Below the pieces are notes generated by a model. It saw nothing but the letters and a program-made list of their open reading frames with translations, was not told the DNA's origin and searched no databases. From Octopus vulgaris (Eukaryota), in the NCBI GenBank assembly GCA_951406725.2, contig OX597838.1:13206001-13270000 (forward strand): a DNA stretch of 64,000 bases, given 5' to 3'. Made by a program: the position numbers and the translations under genes. This document shows, one piece after another, positions 40,561 through 55,420 of this stretch (within the stretch, counting starts at the first letter, position 1; each line of letters opens with the position of its first letter).

Positions 40561-40946
40561 TTATGGAATGATGTCAAAGTAACACACATGCAGTCCCAAC
40601 CGGGCGAGGGCGTGTTATGCTTGTGTAAGAAAAAAGCACATAAAAACATCTCTAGTTTTCATTTATATTGCAACAGCTAACAGTGAAATATAGAATTTAA
40701 AGATGGCTTTTTCGACCATTAGATTGGTGCAGCTAATATGGCAGGTAAACATCGTGGTTGCCAAGCAGAAATAAAGAAGATTCGGCCTCTAGTCCAATAC
40801 GTGCACTGCTGTGCTCATGTTCCTCAGCTTATAGCTAAGTCCGTTCAACAAGCTTCATTTATCAAAAATGTTCTCGATTACGTGAATGGATTCGGGAAAC
40901 TATATAGTACATCAGAGAAATTTAAGCACGCATATTTATTACAATA

Positions 40947-41251
40947 CTAGCAGTATCGCCCGCCGTTGCTCGGGTTTGTGAGGGAAATAACTATATAAGC
41001 ATTTTTAGAGAGTTACTTCCCTTATATAAACCGAGCAAAAAATGCATCAAAAATGCGGAAAAATGATGATAATTTTTTTTTTTAATCGTAGACTCATCGT
41101 AGACGCGCGCTAATACCCAGAAGGGCTCGATATGAATGACGACTATAAGATACCCGCTTTTGGTTAAACTGCACCGCAAAATGTGGGAGTAGTTAGGAAT
41201 CTAAATCGGAGTAGACAGACCCTCACACAACTTCAGTTTTATATATAAAGA
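40947..41251 (-). mobile_element. Non-autonomous Helitron
   Basis: 5' TC, 3' GC hairpin plus CTAG, A|T insertion; removing it restores the hAT frame LLQY-NEENEV. Confidence 0.85.
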
Positions 41252-41708
41252 TAATGAAGAAAATGAAGTATCGTTACCACGCTCCTTAAAACCTGTGTGC
41301 CCTACTCGATAGCTAACACGACTTCCTGCAGTCAAAGCCCTTCTTGAAATTATCCAGATGTCCTCATTTCTCTACAAGAGTCATCAAATGTGTTTGGCAC
41401 CAACGTTGCGTCCAGTGCCAATGGTATTCTTACGTGTCTCTCTACGGGCCAATATGTTCTTGTATTGCATGTTGTTAGTTCCGTTACTTCAACTCCTTGA
41501 AGGATTGAACAAATCTTTTCAAAGTATCACCGTCAATCTAGACGGAATGTTGCGTAGTGTCAAACTAGTGCAGGATGAGCTAAAAAAAAAAATCTACGCA
41601 GGGAAGAAAAATTTCAGGAGCTGTTCAATACAGCAGAGAAAATGATTTATCAACTCGATATTTCTTCTTTGGAGCTATCAAGACAACAAAAACTTCCTAA
41701 AAGATACC

Positions 41709-41924
41709 TATTTCTTTACTACCCACAAGGGTCCAAACAAGGACAGACAAACGGATTAAGTTGATTACATCGATCCCAGTGCATAACTGGTACTTAATCT
41801 ATCGACCCCGAAAGGATGAAAGGCAAAGTCGACCTCGACGGAATTTGAACCCAGAACGTAACGGCAGACGAAATATGGTTACGCATTTCGCCCGGCGTGC
41901 TAACGATTCTGCCAGCTCGCCCGC
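41709..41924 (-). mobile_element. SINE B inside the hAT remnant
   Basis: 16-bp TSD CTTCCTAAAAGATACC. Confidence 0.9.
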
Positions 41925-43659
41925 CTTCCTAAAAGATACCAGGAAGGAAATGCGTTAAAATATCAACGCTGCACTGTTTTGGATCATTGCAGGGTGCAGT
42001 ATTTGCAAGTAGTGGATACTGCAATAGCAAATTTGAAAGATTTTTTTTTTCACAAGATTTAGCAGATTGTGAAAAACTGAGCAATATTTTACTCAATGGA
42101 AATTTTTGTGCTGAAATGATCAGTATCCAAAGCTTGATGAATTTTCCTTAAGGAACGAAATACTTTTTTTTTATAGAAATCATCTTAGTGGATCATCTCT
42201 CGAGGATCATCGTAAAATATTTGGTGAACAGCAACCAGTAGTCCATCGCATGTTTCCAAATGTTGAGCGATTGCTCAGGCTATTTTTAGTGTTTCCAACC
42301 AGTTCTTGTGAAGCTGAAAGATCTTTTAGCGCTCTGGGGAGACTCAAAACTTGGCTGCGCTCGACCGTGACTCAGCAAAGGTTGAATCATATTGTAATAT
42401 GACTCAATGACTCGCATGTTTCCAAATGTTGATCTCAGGCTACTTTTAGCGTTTCCAACCAGTTCTTGTGAAACTGAAAGATCTTTTAGCGCTCTGGGGA
42501 GACTCAAAACTTGGCTGCGCTCGACCGTGACTCAGCAAAGGTTGAATCATATTGTAATATGACTCAATGACTCGCATGTTTCCAAATGTTGAACTCAGGC
42601 TACTTTTAGCGTTTCCAACCAGTTCTTGTGAAACTGAAAGATCTTTTAGCGCTCTGGGGAGACTCAAAACTTGGCTGCGCTCGACCGTGACTCAGCAAAG
42701 GTTGAATTATATTGTAATATGCCATGTTCATAGACATGTTTAGAAAAAAATTAGTTGTGAAAAAGTTGCTAAATTATTTACTGACGGCAAGATATATAAA
42801 ACATTTGGAAAATACTAAAAGACAATAATTTTCCTTAATATTTTTTATTTAAGAGCCTTTGTTTTATATTTTGTTTATTTGATATAATAAATTCTTTTTA
42901 AGCTTTTTTTTATAACTGAACTTCATTTGAATATATAAAATTTAATTAGCATAAAATTTTAGTAATGTGATAGGGTCCGGGAAAGGCACCATAAGCAATA
43001 CCAACATGCTCCTTTTAAGATTCAGCAAATGTTGGTTTGTCCCCCTCACATTTTCACGGAAAATAAGGCCCCTAGTAGCAAGGATGCACATGCTGGCATA
43101 TATGGAAGATGCGATCAGAATGTGTAGAGAACACAGTATATAAAAATATAGGGAGAAATAAGTATTAGAAGTGGGGGGGAAAGGGAAAAGGAAGAATATA
43201 TAAGGGAGTGAGAAGAGGGAGAAATTTAAGCAAGGTCAATTGACTGTTGCTAAGCAAAAACTGTATTGGTTGAATCACAGAATTTAGTAAGGGAATTGGT
43301 ATTTGAAGGAAGGATAATTTGGAGGGGAGTCGGGAAGAAAACGAAAGTGTGCATGAATAAAGCAAGATAGAATGGGGAATTTAAGTACGGTTAGTTGACT
43401 AATGGCTTTCTGGCCGAATCACAAAACTATGTACTTGTGAGTTTACGGAGAGAGAGGGTTGGAGAGGGAGAGGCAGTTGAAATAAAAACAAAGAACAAAA
43501 TTTTTAAAAGGTAAAGAAAAATACGGAGAGAAGTGTGTAATTGACAATAAAGGAATTAAACTGGAGAAATAGTGTTGGTTTAATATATAGTGGTAGTGAG
43601 GATGGATAAGAGGGAAAATTTATGAAGGTTAGAGGAGAGGGGTTGTAAATATTTGTATT

Positions 43660-44596
43660 TTGAGAATAGATTTAGTGACCGATGCTGCGTTCATTAAGAC
43701 AATCCACGGATTGCAGAATAGCCAAGACTTCGGCTATGCAGAGATCACTCTTGTTATTGTTACAGCTGTTGTAAAGCTCGGCGTGGGTGACTATGGACCA
43801 CGAGAGAGTGTAAAGAGCTGAATCAGGCGCTTGTTTACTGATAAGTTGGATGTACTGTTGGATTTTGTTTGGAACTTGAAGCTGGAGTAGTGGCTGTTCA
43901 CTCTATAAATGTAGTTACAGTTGGCAGTCGATACTGTACACTTATAAACAATATTTTTTGTGAGACAGCGGTTATCTAAAGGATAGGGGGTTGGGCATCT
44001 GAAGTTTTGCAGGCTGTGTTCCGGATGAACTTGTGAGGGGATTGCTATTTAGTGTGGAATCGGTGTTAGGTTTGTTATTATTGCTGGCGTTAAGATTAGT
44101 ATTTGTTAAGGAGTTGAGGGTGGTGTTGTGGGTAGGGTTGTACAATATGCTAGTTATTGTGTCTGGTGGAATCCTCTGTGTTGTTCTTTATTATTACAGG
44201 AGGTATAGTTGGGCGTCGTGGTAAATTTAGGCATCGGGTGTTAGTAGTAGAATTATAGTTGGAGTTATGAATGTTAGTGTTTACCAAGGGGGTCGATTTG
44301 TTTTGGATTTATATGTATGGAACCAGGGGTTATTTTGAGTTAATTTATTAGGGCGGAGAGGTTAGCTGGCTGTGAATTTCTGAGTTTCTTGTTAAGATGC
44401 CAGACAACCCCGGCAGTGTTGATAGCGGAGGAGTTGTACAATTTCATAGATTGGGGGTTAAATAGTTTTGTAAGGGGGCTAGATTTGGGGAAATGTTTCT
44501 CGAGTAGGACGAAGAAGAGTTTAAGGATTCGAGTCTAAACGTTAAGGGCGAAGGAAGGGAGCGGTGGAACCAGATACCACACCAGGTTCTAGTTCG

Positions 44597-44600
<4 letters not shown>
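43660..44600 (-). mobile_element. Penelope-like element remnant (RT linker and GIY-YIG endonuclease)
   Basis: LLEKHFPKSSPLTKLFN and PLDNRCLTKNIVYKCTV...HYSSFK resemble PLE C-termini. Confidence 0.7.
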
Positions 44601-44629
<29 letters not shown>

Positions 44630-44819
44630 CATATAGATATATACATATATATTTATGTGTGTGTGTGTGTATGTATGTTATATATATGTTATATATGCGT
44701 AATGTGAATATGTATATACGTATGTGATAAGTATGTGTGTATAAATGTGCATATGTATATGTAAGTGTGGATGTGTGTGTATGTGTTAGGTAGGAAGACG
44801 GATCGAATGTTTTTTTTTT

Positions 44820-45100
44820 TTATTTTGAAAGAATTTGAACAATTGTCAGTATTGGCAATAGAAAGAGAAGTGGTGTTGGACTTTTGGTGACAGACGAAGG
44901 GGACGCAGAACAATGAGTGTTGGAATTAGTGTGCTTTCTTGTGCAGGAAGAATATCCCATGACCACTGCAAGGTAGTTTTGCTCTTTGACTCCGCTGATC
45001 AGATGAGACATCGGTCCTCGGGCGTAAGCAACGACGTCCTTCCCGCCATGGGTTTCATCGGCCAGAGGAACGGCACTTTGTTGTAGGTATTTTTTCAAAG
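44820..45100 (-). CDS. ALPL: Alkaline phosphatase terminal exon B (distal, duplicated), with GPI-signal-like tail
   Basis: gtctag|CT acceptor in phase 1; TLKKYLQQSAVPLADETHGGKDVVAYARGPMSHLISGVKEQNY...YSSC...LLFLLPILTIVQILSK*. Confidence 0.85.
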
Positions 45101-45261
45101 CTAGACGATTTAAAGAGAAAAAAGAAAAGCGAAAATTAATTAATAAATAAAAACATATAAATTATTTAACACTCATCTACACCCCTCACACACACACATA
45201 CATACATACATACATATATACATACATACACACAAACATACGTACATATATACCTACATAC

Positions 45262-45488
45262 AGCGAGCTGGCAGAAACGTTAGCACGCCGGGCGAAATGC
45301 GTGGCCGTATTTCGTCTGCCGTTACGTTCTGAGTTCAAATTCCGCCGAGATCGACTTTGCCTTTCATCCGTTCGGGGTCGATAAATTAAGTACCAGTTGC
45401 GCACTGGGGTCGATATAATCGACTTAATCCCTTTGTATGTCCTTGTTTGTCCTCTCTGTGTTTAGCCCCTTGTGGGTAGTAAAGAAAT
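45262..45488 (+). mobile_element. SINE B
   Basis: Family match; TSD TATATACCTACATAC. Confidence 0.85.
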
Positions 45489-45569
45489 ATATATACCTAC
45501 ATACATATATACATACATATATACATACATACATATATACATACATACATACACACAAACATACATATA

Positions 45570-45603
<34 letters not shown>

Positions 45604-45661
45604 CATACATACATATATACATACATACATACATACATACATACATACATACATACATACA

Positions 45662-45695
<34 letters not shown>

Positions 45696-46699
45696 CATAC
45701 ATACATATATACATACATACATACATATATACATACATACATACATACATATATACATACATACATACATACATACATACATACATACATACATACATAC
45801 ATACATACATGCATACATACATACATACACATATTTATATATACTTATAATTTGCTTGTTGAAAGAATTAATCTTAATAGATTTAAAAGCATGCTAGACC
45901 ATGCATCATGCTCGGTTTACAATAATCTGCTCGGCGAGATCAAATCCTTTAAAAATATAAAGAGAAAATATAAAGAAAAATATAAAGAGAAAACTTGCTT
46001 GTGTCCCTGGATGCATAACAGACATTGGGGATCTTTTCCTTTTGAAGGCCAGATTTCAACACAATTTCTAGTTAACTAAACACTTTAAAACTTCGTATAC
46101 TGGTAGAATGTGTCAAAAGAAAACATTATTTTCACTTGGCTTTCTTGATAAATTTGTAATTCGTTTGTTTAACGTAGTTTGATTTTTCGAATTTTAACCA
46201 ATGAATCGTCTCTATTTGAGCTGAAATCATTTGCTGCGTCTAAAAACTGAGACAACATCTAGCGTGTCGGAAAGGAAGAGAGGGAGAAAGAGAGGGGGGG
46301 GGTTGAAAAAATGAGAGAAAGGAAAAGATCCGAAATTGGTTAGCTCATTTCCATCTTTTCTTGTTTTATTTATTAACGATGGACCTTGGAGGGGATTTTT
46401 GGTCTCCTGCAGTAGGTATACGCTGGAGGATTTGCCTGGACTGTAAATGTCAATTTTCACTCGTGATTGCAAGTCGACATGCTACTCGAAATGCTTTAAC
46501 ACTTTTCAAGTCACCATATAACGCCTGATACTATATGTCCACACTATCTGATACGTCTCATCTTGGCGGATAGGCTGTGTGTCAAGGGATCAACGTCTTT
46601 ATCGCATATTGTAGCCTCGTAGCAATAAATAAAGAATTTTGAATGTCTTAATTCCAATATCCCAGAATGAATGAGACAAATAATATACGGAAATGGACT

Positions 46700-47160
46700 C
46701 GTTTGCTACTTTCAGAAATCATATTGAAACTCCGACGTTTGGCAGCTGACTTGGCAGACACCCATAAAATTATTAACCATCGTACAAACAATAACTCTGA
46801 GCACCTTTTCAAACTCCACCCATCTAACACCCGTGGACATGTTTACAAAGTCAGAAAACAGCACAACTCCCATGACTTCAGGAAACATTTTTTCACGCTG
46901 AGAGTTGCTGAAGCGTGGAACAAACTGCCAGCATCAGTTGTTAGTTGTCGGAGCACTGCATCCTTCAAAACTTCCATGCTTCCTGAGATTCGCCAACACT
47001 ACACTTGATTTTCTCCCCTCCATACACACACAAGTATGTATCTGACTCATACATTGTTCGCTTTCCAGACATTTCTACATTACTGCATGTACTTTATATG
47101 CACTTTCTGACAAGTTGTGGTGCACCTGAGCACTGTATACAATTAATTTCATTATTATTA
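46700..47160 (+). mobile_element. CR1-type LINE 3' fragment
   Basis: RRLAADL..HKII...TRGH...[17 protein letters not shown] plus (ATT)n tail. Confidence 0.85.
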
Positions 47161-47382
47161 TTTTTTTTTTATATATAAAAAAAAAACTAGAAATATTCGC
47201 TGCGACTCTGCGTTGATGAAATTTTTCAGATTTTAACTTCTCAACGTAAACTTCTTAACAGTAAAAGGGAGAGAGGGTTATCTTGTATGCACGTCAACAA
47301 ATATGTATTTAAAAATTACAGTTAAATTAAAAGTTACTAAAATTATAAATATATAATTATAAGGCATTAAAAAATTTATATA

Positions 47383-47757
47383 CTCTTTACTCTTTTACTT
47401 GTTTCAGTCATTTGACTGCGGCCATGCTGGAGCACCGCCTTTAATCGAGCAACTCGACCCCGGGACTTATTCTTTGTAAGCCCAGTACTTATTCCATCGG
47501 TCTCTTTTGCCGAACCGCTAAGTAACGGGGACATTGTCAAGCAATGCTATGGGGACAAACACAGACACACAAACATATACATATACATATATACGACAGG
47601 CTTCTTTCAGTTTCCGTCTACCAAATCCACTCACAAGGCTTTGGTCGGCCCGGGGCTATAGTAGAAGACACTTGCCCAAGGTGCCACGCAGTGGGACTGA
47701 ACCCGGAACCATGTGGTTGGCAAACAAGCTACTTACCACACGACTACTCCTGCGCCT
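47383..47757 (-). mobile_element. SINE A
   Basis: Family match. Confidence 0.9.
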
Positions 47758-47987
47758 ATATAATTATAATTAAAATAAAAATTAATATTAGAGTGAAATA
47801 AAGTATATATCAATTGGTTAAACGATATAATTTTTTAAATATTAATATATTCCTCGAATATTATCCTTTTGCATTCTCTTATTATTATCAAAATAATAAA
47901 AAAACATATTAAACATCTCGATGATGTAGAATGCAGCCACCAATTGTAGTAAGCAGATGGAGTCCGTCATAGTCACGTGGTATAATA

Positions 47988-48235
47988 AGGCGGCGAGCTG
48001 GCAAGGCGGCGTGTTGGCAGAAACGTTAGCACGCCGGGCGAAATGCGTAGCCGTATTTCGTCTGCCGTTACGTTCTGAGTTCAAATTCCGCCGAGGTCGA
48101 CTTTGCCTTTCATCCTTTCAGGGTCGATAACTTAAGTACCGGTTACGCACTGGAGTCGTTGTAATCGACTTAATCCGTTTGTCTGGCCTTGTTTGTCCCC
48201 TCTGTGTTTAGCCCCTTGTGGGTAGTAAAGAAATA
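47988..48235 (+). mobile_element. SINE B
   Basis: Family match. Confidence 0.85.
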
Positions 48236-48449
48236 GGTATACGGTAAGCAGTAACTAGGATTAATAGTATAAATTGTATTAATTAAAAAATTAAGTGATT
48301 AATTGTTAAAACTGGCAGTTATGACTTAGTGACTTGGAAATACTTCTCACTTAACTAATTAAGCTAGAGTAGTATTCATACTCTCACAAGTAATAATGAA
48401 AATTTAAGAGTAAACAGGTTTACTGACCGTTAACCGTATCCGAGGGTAT

Positions 48450-48976
<527 letters not shown>

Positions 48977-49339
48977 TGTATTGTTTATGCAAATATAACG
49001 GTTCCTTTGTTTTTCAAATATATTAACATGCACATGCACACAAATAAAATAAAAATAAAAACGAAAACAAAATTGTATATACACAAGTAACAGTTTTTTT
49101 TTTCTTTTAAACACTAACATGCCCACATGCGCGTAACAGTTGAATGTTGATATGCTGAGTCCGCCAATGATCTCTCAATCCATTGGGATATGGTTCTTTT
49201 TTGTGTTGTCTTTTAACCCTGATGGAATGTTCAATTTATTATATTCGAAATGCATCTATAATTGAAGTGTGGAAGGTGTTTGTAAGCCATATAAGAAACA
49301 CACAAAAGCCGTTCGATTCACTTCAACATTTAAGTTTAA

Positions 49340-49390
49340 TTTGTCAAAATATTTTCGTCGCTTTAAGACCGCGACCTGATCACTGACAAA
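49340..49390 (-). ncRNA. Hammerhead-like motif with C3G/G8C covariation
   Basis: tttgtca-GTGATCA-g-gtcgc(9)gcgac-GAAAA-ta-TTT-tgacaaa. Confidence 0.5.
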
Positions 49391-49941
49391 AACCCGTGCT
49401 GCAACTGAGAAAGTAACAGTTAGTTCGTTTCAGCACACGATCTCAGATCAAATCACTTGCTATGCAAGTACATCTCCGTAAATCTATAATTGAATTATTT
49501 GTAATTTGAATTAATTGAATATAAAAACAATTGTAGGGTATAAGAAATCGATGTTGTTCGAATTTGGATTTGTGTTAATAAATTGATGTCTATCTGTCGA
49601 TTTTTCCATTTTCTTTTTTTTTTATGCATAAACGATAATATACATGGATGAGAAGCTAACATCTTTTTAGTATTTCCCTGATACACTGGATTAAACCTGG
49701 GGAACTTGGATGCTAACATCTCTTTAAGAGGTGTATATCCTCATAATAATAAGTATATATATATGTATGTATAAAAAAGGAAATGAAGAAAATGCTGACA
49801 AAATAATTTAAGTAATTTAAGTAATTTAATTAGGTGAAAGTTCTTTTTACCGGTTGCGCATTTGTTATGCTTATCAAAAGATAATTTTTTTTAAGAGAGA
49901 TAGAGTTCTTTTCTGATAGATTTTTTCCTCTTATATGTATG

Positions 49942-49974
<33 letters not shown>

Positions 49975-50267
49975 ATGTGTATGTTGTTCAAACGATGAAT
50001 AAATAGCTTTGCGTAAACCACTGGTTCGTTTTGTTCTCTTACTTTATTATCATCTTTTAATCATCTCATAATAATGACTTTTACGACTCGTATTACTACC
50101 TCAGTCAATCTAAATGTATATGTTTGTCGCTACCTGTCATAAATAGCCTTTTTCTATTTCCAATATGCATTTTCGTTGATTTTTCATATTTTACCCTTAC
50201 ATTTCCACGTGTATTTTATATTTTCTTTTCGTAACATATTCCTACTATATATATATAGATAGATATA

Positions 50268-50358
<91 letters not shown>

Positions 50359-50485
50359 TGTGCATATATATACTATTTATATATATATACACATACATAA
50401 ATGAATATGTGTACATATGTGTGTGTGTGTGTGTGTAAGTATATATGTATGTATTTACATATATGTATGTATATGTATATATATA

Positions 50486-50541
<56 letters not shown>

Positions 50542-50949
50542 CGTATATATGTATGTATGTATGTATCTATGTATGTATGCATGCATGTATGAATGTCGGT
50601 GTCAATCGTAGATCAGCCAATCTTTCCTCTTTCATCTCGGAGACGGGACGTGTGTTGGAAAGGTCATCGTCCATCACTGCCGTTGACCTCCATCCCAATC
50701 AGGTACATTTCGTGTTAAGTCTTAACTCTGGAATGCAACAGAATGATGTGACACAAGAAAATTCCTCCCAATTACGTCACATGTCTGGCTTCAAAGACAT
50801 CTTGACTTCCTGAAGATTGTCTTGGCACAATGAATCGCTGAGAAAACTAATCAATCATCTTGACGTTTCTGCAAAAATTTCTCCAATTCTGAGTAATACG
50901 CGCTTATCTGTGTGTGTGTGTATGTGTGTGCTTATACATTTGCATACAT

Positions 50950-51099
50950 ACACAATCACACACACACAAGTGTACATACATACATACATACATACATACA
51001 TACATACATACATACATACATTCATACATACATACATACATATATACATGCATGAATGCTTACATACATACATACATACATACTTATATACATACATAC

Positions 51100-51130
<31 letters not shown>

Positions 51131-51436
51131 CATACATACATACATACATACATACATGCATGCATGAATGCATACATACATACATACATACATACACACA
51201 CATACATACATACATACATACATACATACACACACATACATACATACATACATACATACATACATACATACATACATACATACATACATACACACACACA
51301 CATACATCCATACATACATCCAGCCATCCATACATACATACATACACACACATACATACATACATACATACACACACACACATACATACATACACACACA
51401 TACATACATACATACATACATACATACATACATACA

Positions 51437-51468
<32 letters not shown>

Positions 51469-51953
51469 CTCAGTATAAAGGTATAAGGTTAAATTTCCAA
51501 CTAGTAGATACCAGTAAATGTGTGTAGAATACAAAACCCAGGTAAATCCTCGTGTATGACAGGTAAATCCAATAACCCTCTCTCGGCAATAAGACAAACA
51601 AAAATTTCGATGACCGCCTACATGGTAAACAAAACGATAATATTATTATCGTTTTGTTTACCATGAGAAGATTCTGATGAGAAGATTGCATCTTACACTC
51701 TTTATTCCTTCGGAATGAAACCATGTTGTCTTCGAAACATATGTTGAGAGTAAAGGAATTTTGTTAACATCTTCGTTCGACTCCATTCTTTCATTTATTC
51801 ATATATAACACACAAATTTCTGCAAATGAACCCGGAGTTTCTACCCTTGGACAGGTCGCTTCAACGGTGTTTCTGACGTGAATTTGCTACCCTGGTATCG
51901 GTTCAACGAATTTCCCATGCTGACGATAAACATAGGATAATTCATTCACCTAT

Positions 51954-52012
<59 letters not shown>

Positions 52013-52195
52013 CAGTCAACATACATCACTCCACTCTCATTACCTCCATCCACTACAAACACACCGACTCATACTCCTACCTTAACTTCTCCTCCTCCCA
52101 CCCCACCCACACCAAGCTCTCCATCCCCTACTCCCAATTCTACCATATGCATATGTATTATATATACGTTTATGTATAAGTATATATATACATAC

Positions 52196-52226
<31 letters not shown>

Positions 52227-52600
52227 CATACATACATACATACATACATACATACATACATACATACATACATACATACATACATACATACATACATACA
52301 CACACATACATACATACATACATACATACACACACACATACATACATACATACATACACACACACATACATACATACATACACACACACATACATACATA
52401 TATACATACATACACACAAACATACATACATACATACACACAAACATACATACATACATACATACACACATACATACATACATACATACATACACATACA
52501 CATACATACATACATACATACATACATACATACATACATACATACATACATACATACATACACACATACATACATATGCATACATACATACATACATACA

Positions 52601-52631
<31 letters not shown>

Positions 52632-52648
52632 CATACATACATACATAT

Positions 52649-52680
<32 letters not shown>

Positions 52681-52685
52681 CATAC
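50950..52685. repeat. (TACA)n microsatellite blocks (50950-51465, 52180-52685; also 45490-45830)
   Basis: Seen directly. Confidence 0.95.
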
Positions 52686-52968
52686 AGTACAGTCTTCGGC
52701 CACTTTTAACTATTATAAATTTCTACTAATTGCCAACTTATAACTGGATGTTTCGCATTGCGTTTTTTACAGATGAAACACTGGCCCTGTTGGAGTCATT
52801 TCCACACTAAATCATTATATTTTGTAGTAGGGGTTCTGAATGAGAGGGGAAGGTGCGGGACGACCAACAAAAATGACCGCGCAGAACTTTTCGGCCACCT
52901 CACATAAACCAACCATGATACAAGGTTTTAAAACAGAAAAATATTTATAATGAATATTTATTACATAA

Positions 52969-53361
52969 CTAGCAGTATCGCCCGGCGTTGCTCGGGTTTG
53001 TAAGGGAAATAACTATATAAGCATTTTTAGAGATGTAAAGTATAATAGCCATCTCAATATGGCTAACCACAAAGGGGGGTGTTACTGTAGCTTTTTACGT
53101 TCTGAGATTTAATAAATTTTTAGAGAGTTACTTCCCTTATATATGCCAAAAATGCATTAAAAATGGGAAAAATTGATGGTAATTTATTTTTTTAAATCGT
53201 AGACTCATCGTAGACGCGCACTAATACCCAGAAGGGCTCGATATTAATCACGACTATCAGATACCCGGTTTTGGTTAAACTGCACTGCAAAATGTGAGAG
53301 TAGTTAGGAATCTAAATCGTAGGAGACAGACAGCACACAACCTCTCTTTTATATATAAAGA
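52969..53361 (-). mobile_element. Non-autonomous Helitron
   Basis: Same family; TC...CTAG ends, A|T site. Confidence 0.85.
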
Positions 53362-53390
53362 TATTCATTTCAAGAAGTTACTGTACATTG

Positions 53391-53850
53391 TTAATATTTC
53401 ATATGGTTTCCCTTGGCTTGAATAATTGCTTCAATGCACCTGGAAAGAGATGCGTACAAATCCTTCACCATCTTCACAGGTATGAGATTCCATTCTCTGT
53501 GGCTGATCTCCTACAACTCTTCAAGATTGTGTAGATTTTTCAGACGAACCCTCCTCTCTAGTTCTGTCCATATTTGCTTGATGATATTTAAGTCAGGGCT
53601 CTCTGAGATGGCCAATCTTTCAATACGGTAACACCTTCATCAGCCAGACTTTGTTGTGTTGCACGCGATCTGAGGAATGGAGTTCCGTCGTGCTGAATAA
53701 TCTCACCTTCATCCAAGACTGGTATCAAAATTGTCCTTCAGCGACTGGATGTGTTTGGCACCATTCAAGTTACCGTGAATTTTAACCAACTTTCTTGAAA
53801 CTTCACTTTTTATGTCTCCCCAAATTTCACTGCTTTTCGTTGTGTAACGT
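53391..53850 (-). mobile_element. Tc1/mariner transposase remnant
   Basis: IQHDGTP, DWPSQ..LNII.QIW, LYASLSRCIEAIIQAKGNHMKY*. Confidence 0.8.
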
Positions 53851-53896
53851 GGGCCGTTTCGCTTTCTATTGCAGCAGAGCGGCAGCACCAGCAGCA

Positions 53897-53979
<83 letters not shown>

Positions 53980-54289
53980 TATAAATGACAGAAAATGACA
54001 TGCAACAAAATAAGGTAAATTTTGACCCTTTAAGCATTCGGATTATTCAGTCACGTGTTATGTTTATTTATTCACGTTGTTCTAAATTGATCGTGAACTG
54101 CCTTGTAAGCCCCAAGACTTAAGATGGTGTGATTGTTTAAATTTTTAGAATGACATTGTTGGGTAGGTGTGAGAGACCAGATCAGGTCAGATTGAACGTA
54201 AAGCAGGCAAAATATTTTGGCCGGATATTGCCGGTTTAAATGCTAAAGTGTTTGGGGTGCGAGGCAGAGCCGGCTCGACAGCTTTATAT

Positions 54290-54575
54290 TCCCACTGCGT
54301 GGAACCCTGAGCAAATATCTTTTACCATAGCCTCGGACCGGCCAAAGCCTTGTGAGTGGATTTGGTAGACGGAAACTGAAAGAAGCCCGTCGTATATATG
54401 TATATATATAGGCGCAGGAGTGGCTGTGTGGTAAGTAGCTTGTTTTCCAACCACATGGTTCCGGGTTCAGTCCTACTGCGTGGCACCTTGGGCAAGTGTC
54501 TTCTACTATAGCCTCGGACCGGCCAAAGCCTTGTGAGTGGATTTGGTAGACGGAAACTGAAAGAAGCCCGTCATA
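54290..54575 (+). mobile_element. Two tandem SINE A heads
   Basis: Family match. Confidence 0.8.
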
Positions 54576-54736
54576 TATATGTATATTATCATTATTTCTA
54601 AATCTTTCTAAAGGAGACTACGGCAGCAGTACTGGGTATTAATAGTTATCGCCAAGCTTAACATGGCAGTCCAGTAGAATAGGACTTACCCAACCCTCGA
54701 AATTTCAGGTCTTAATAGAAAAGATTTATACTTCTA

Positions 54737-55379
54737 CTAGCAGTATCGCCCGGCGTTGCTCGGGTTTGTAAGGGAAATAACTATATAAGCATTTTTAGAG
54801 ATGTAAAGTATAATAGCCATCTCAATATGGCTAACCACAAAGAGGGGGGGTTACTGTAGCTTTTTACGTTCTGAGATTTAATAATAAATTTTTAGAGAGT
54901 TACTTCCCTTATATAATAGCAAAAAAAATGCATTAAAAATGGGAAAAAATGATGGTAATTTTTTTTTAAATCGTAGACTCATCGTAGACACACGCTAATA
55001 CCCAGAAGGGCTCGATATGAATCAGGGCGGCGAGCTGGTAGAATCGTTAGCACGCCTGGCGAAATGCTTAGCGGTATTTCGTCTGCCGCTACGTTCTGAG
55101 TTCAAATTCCGCCGAGGTTGACTTTGCCTTTCATCCTTTCGGGGTCGATAAATTAAGTACCAGTTACGCACTGGGATCGATATAATCGACTTAATCCGTT
55201 TGTCTGTCCTTGTTTGTCCTCTCTGTGTTTAGCCCCTTGTGGGTAGTAAAGAAATAGATATGAATCACGACTATAAGATACCCGCTTTTGGTTAAAACTG
55301 CACCGCAAAATGTGGGAGCAGTTAGGAATCTAAATCGTAGGAGACAGACAGCACACAACCTCACTTTTATATATAAAGA
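54737..55379 (-). mobile_element. Non-autonomous Helitron containing a SINE B
   Basis: Same ends; SINE at 55025-55256 with TSD GATATGAATCA. Confidence 0.85.
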
Positions 55380-55414
55380 TAATTGCTATTGTTGTTGCTA
55401 TTTTTATGATAATG

Positions 55415-55420
55415 TTTATT
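55415..55420 (-). promoter_or_regulatory. Poly(A) signal for AP terminal exon A
   Basis: AATAAA on -, about 105 nt after the TGA. Confidence 0.5.

Larger units (their letters stand above)
40700..42800 (+). mobile_element. hAT (ZMYM1-like) transposase remnant with nested Helitron and SINE
   Basis: GAANMAGKHRG, YVHCCAH, CPTR*L, and dimerisation domain FPTSSCEAERSFSALGRLKTWLRSTVTQQRLN present three times. Confidence 0.85.
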
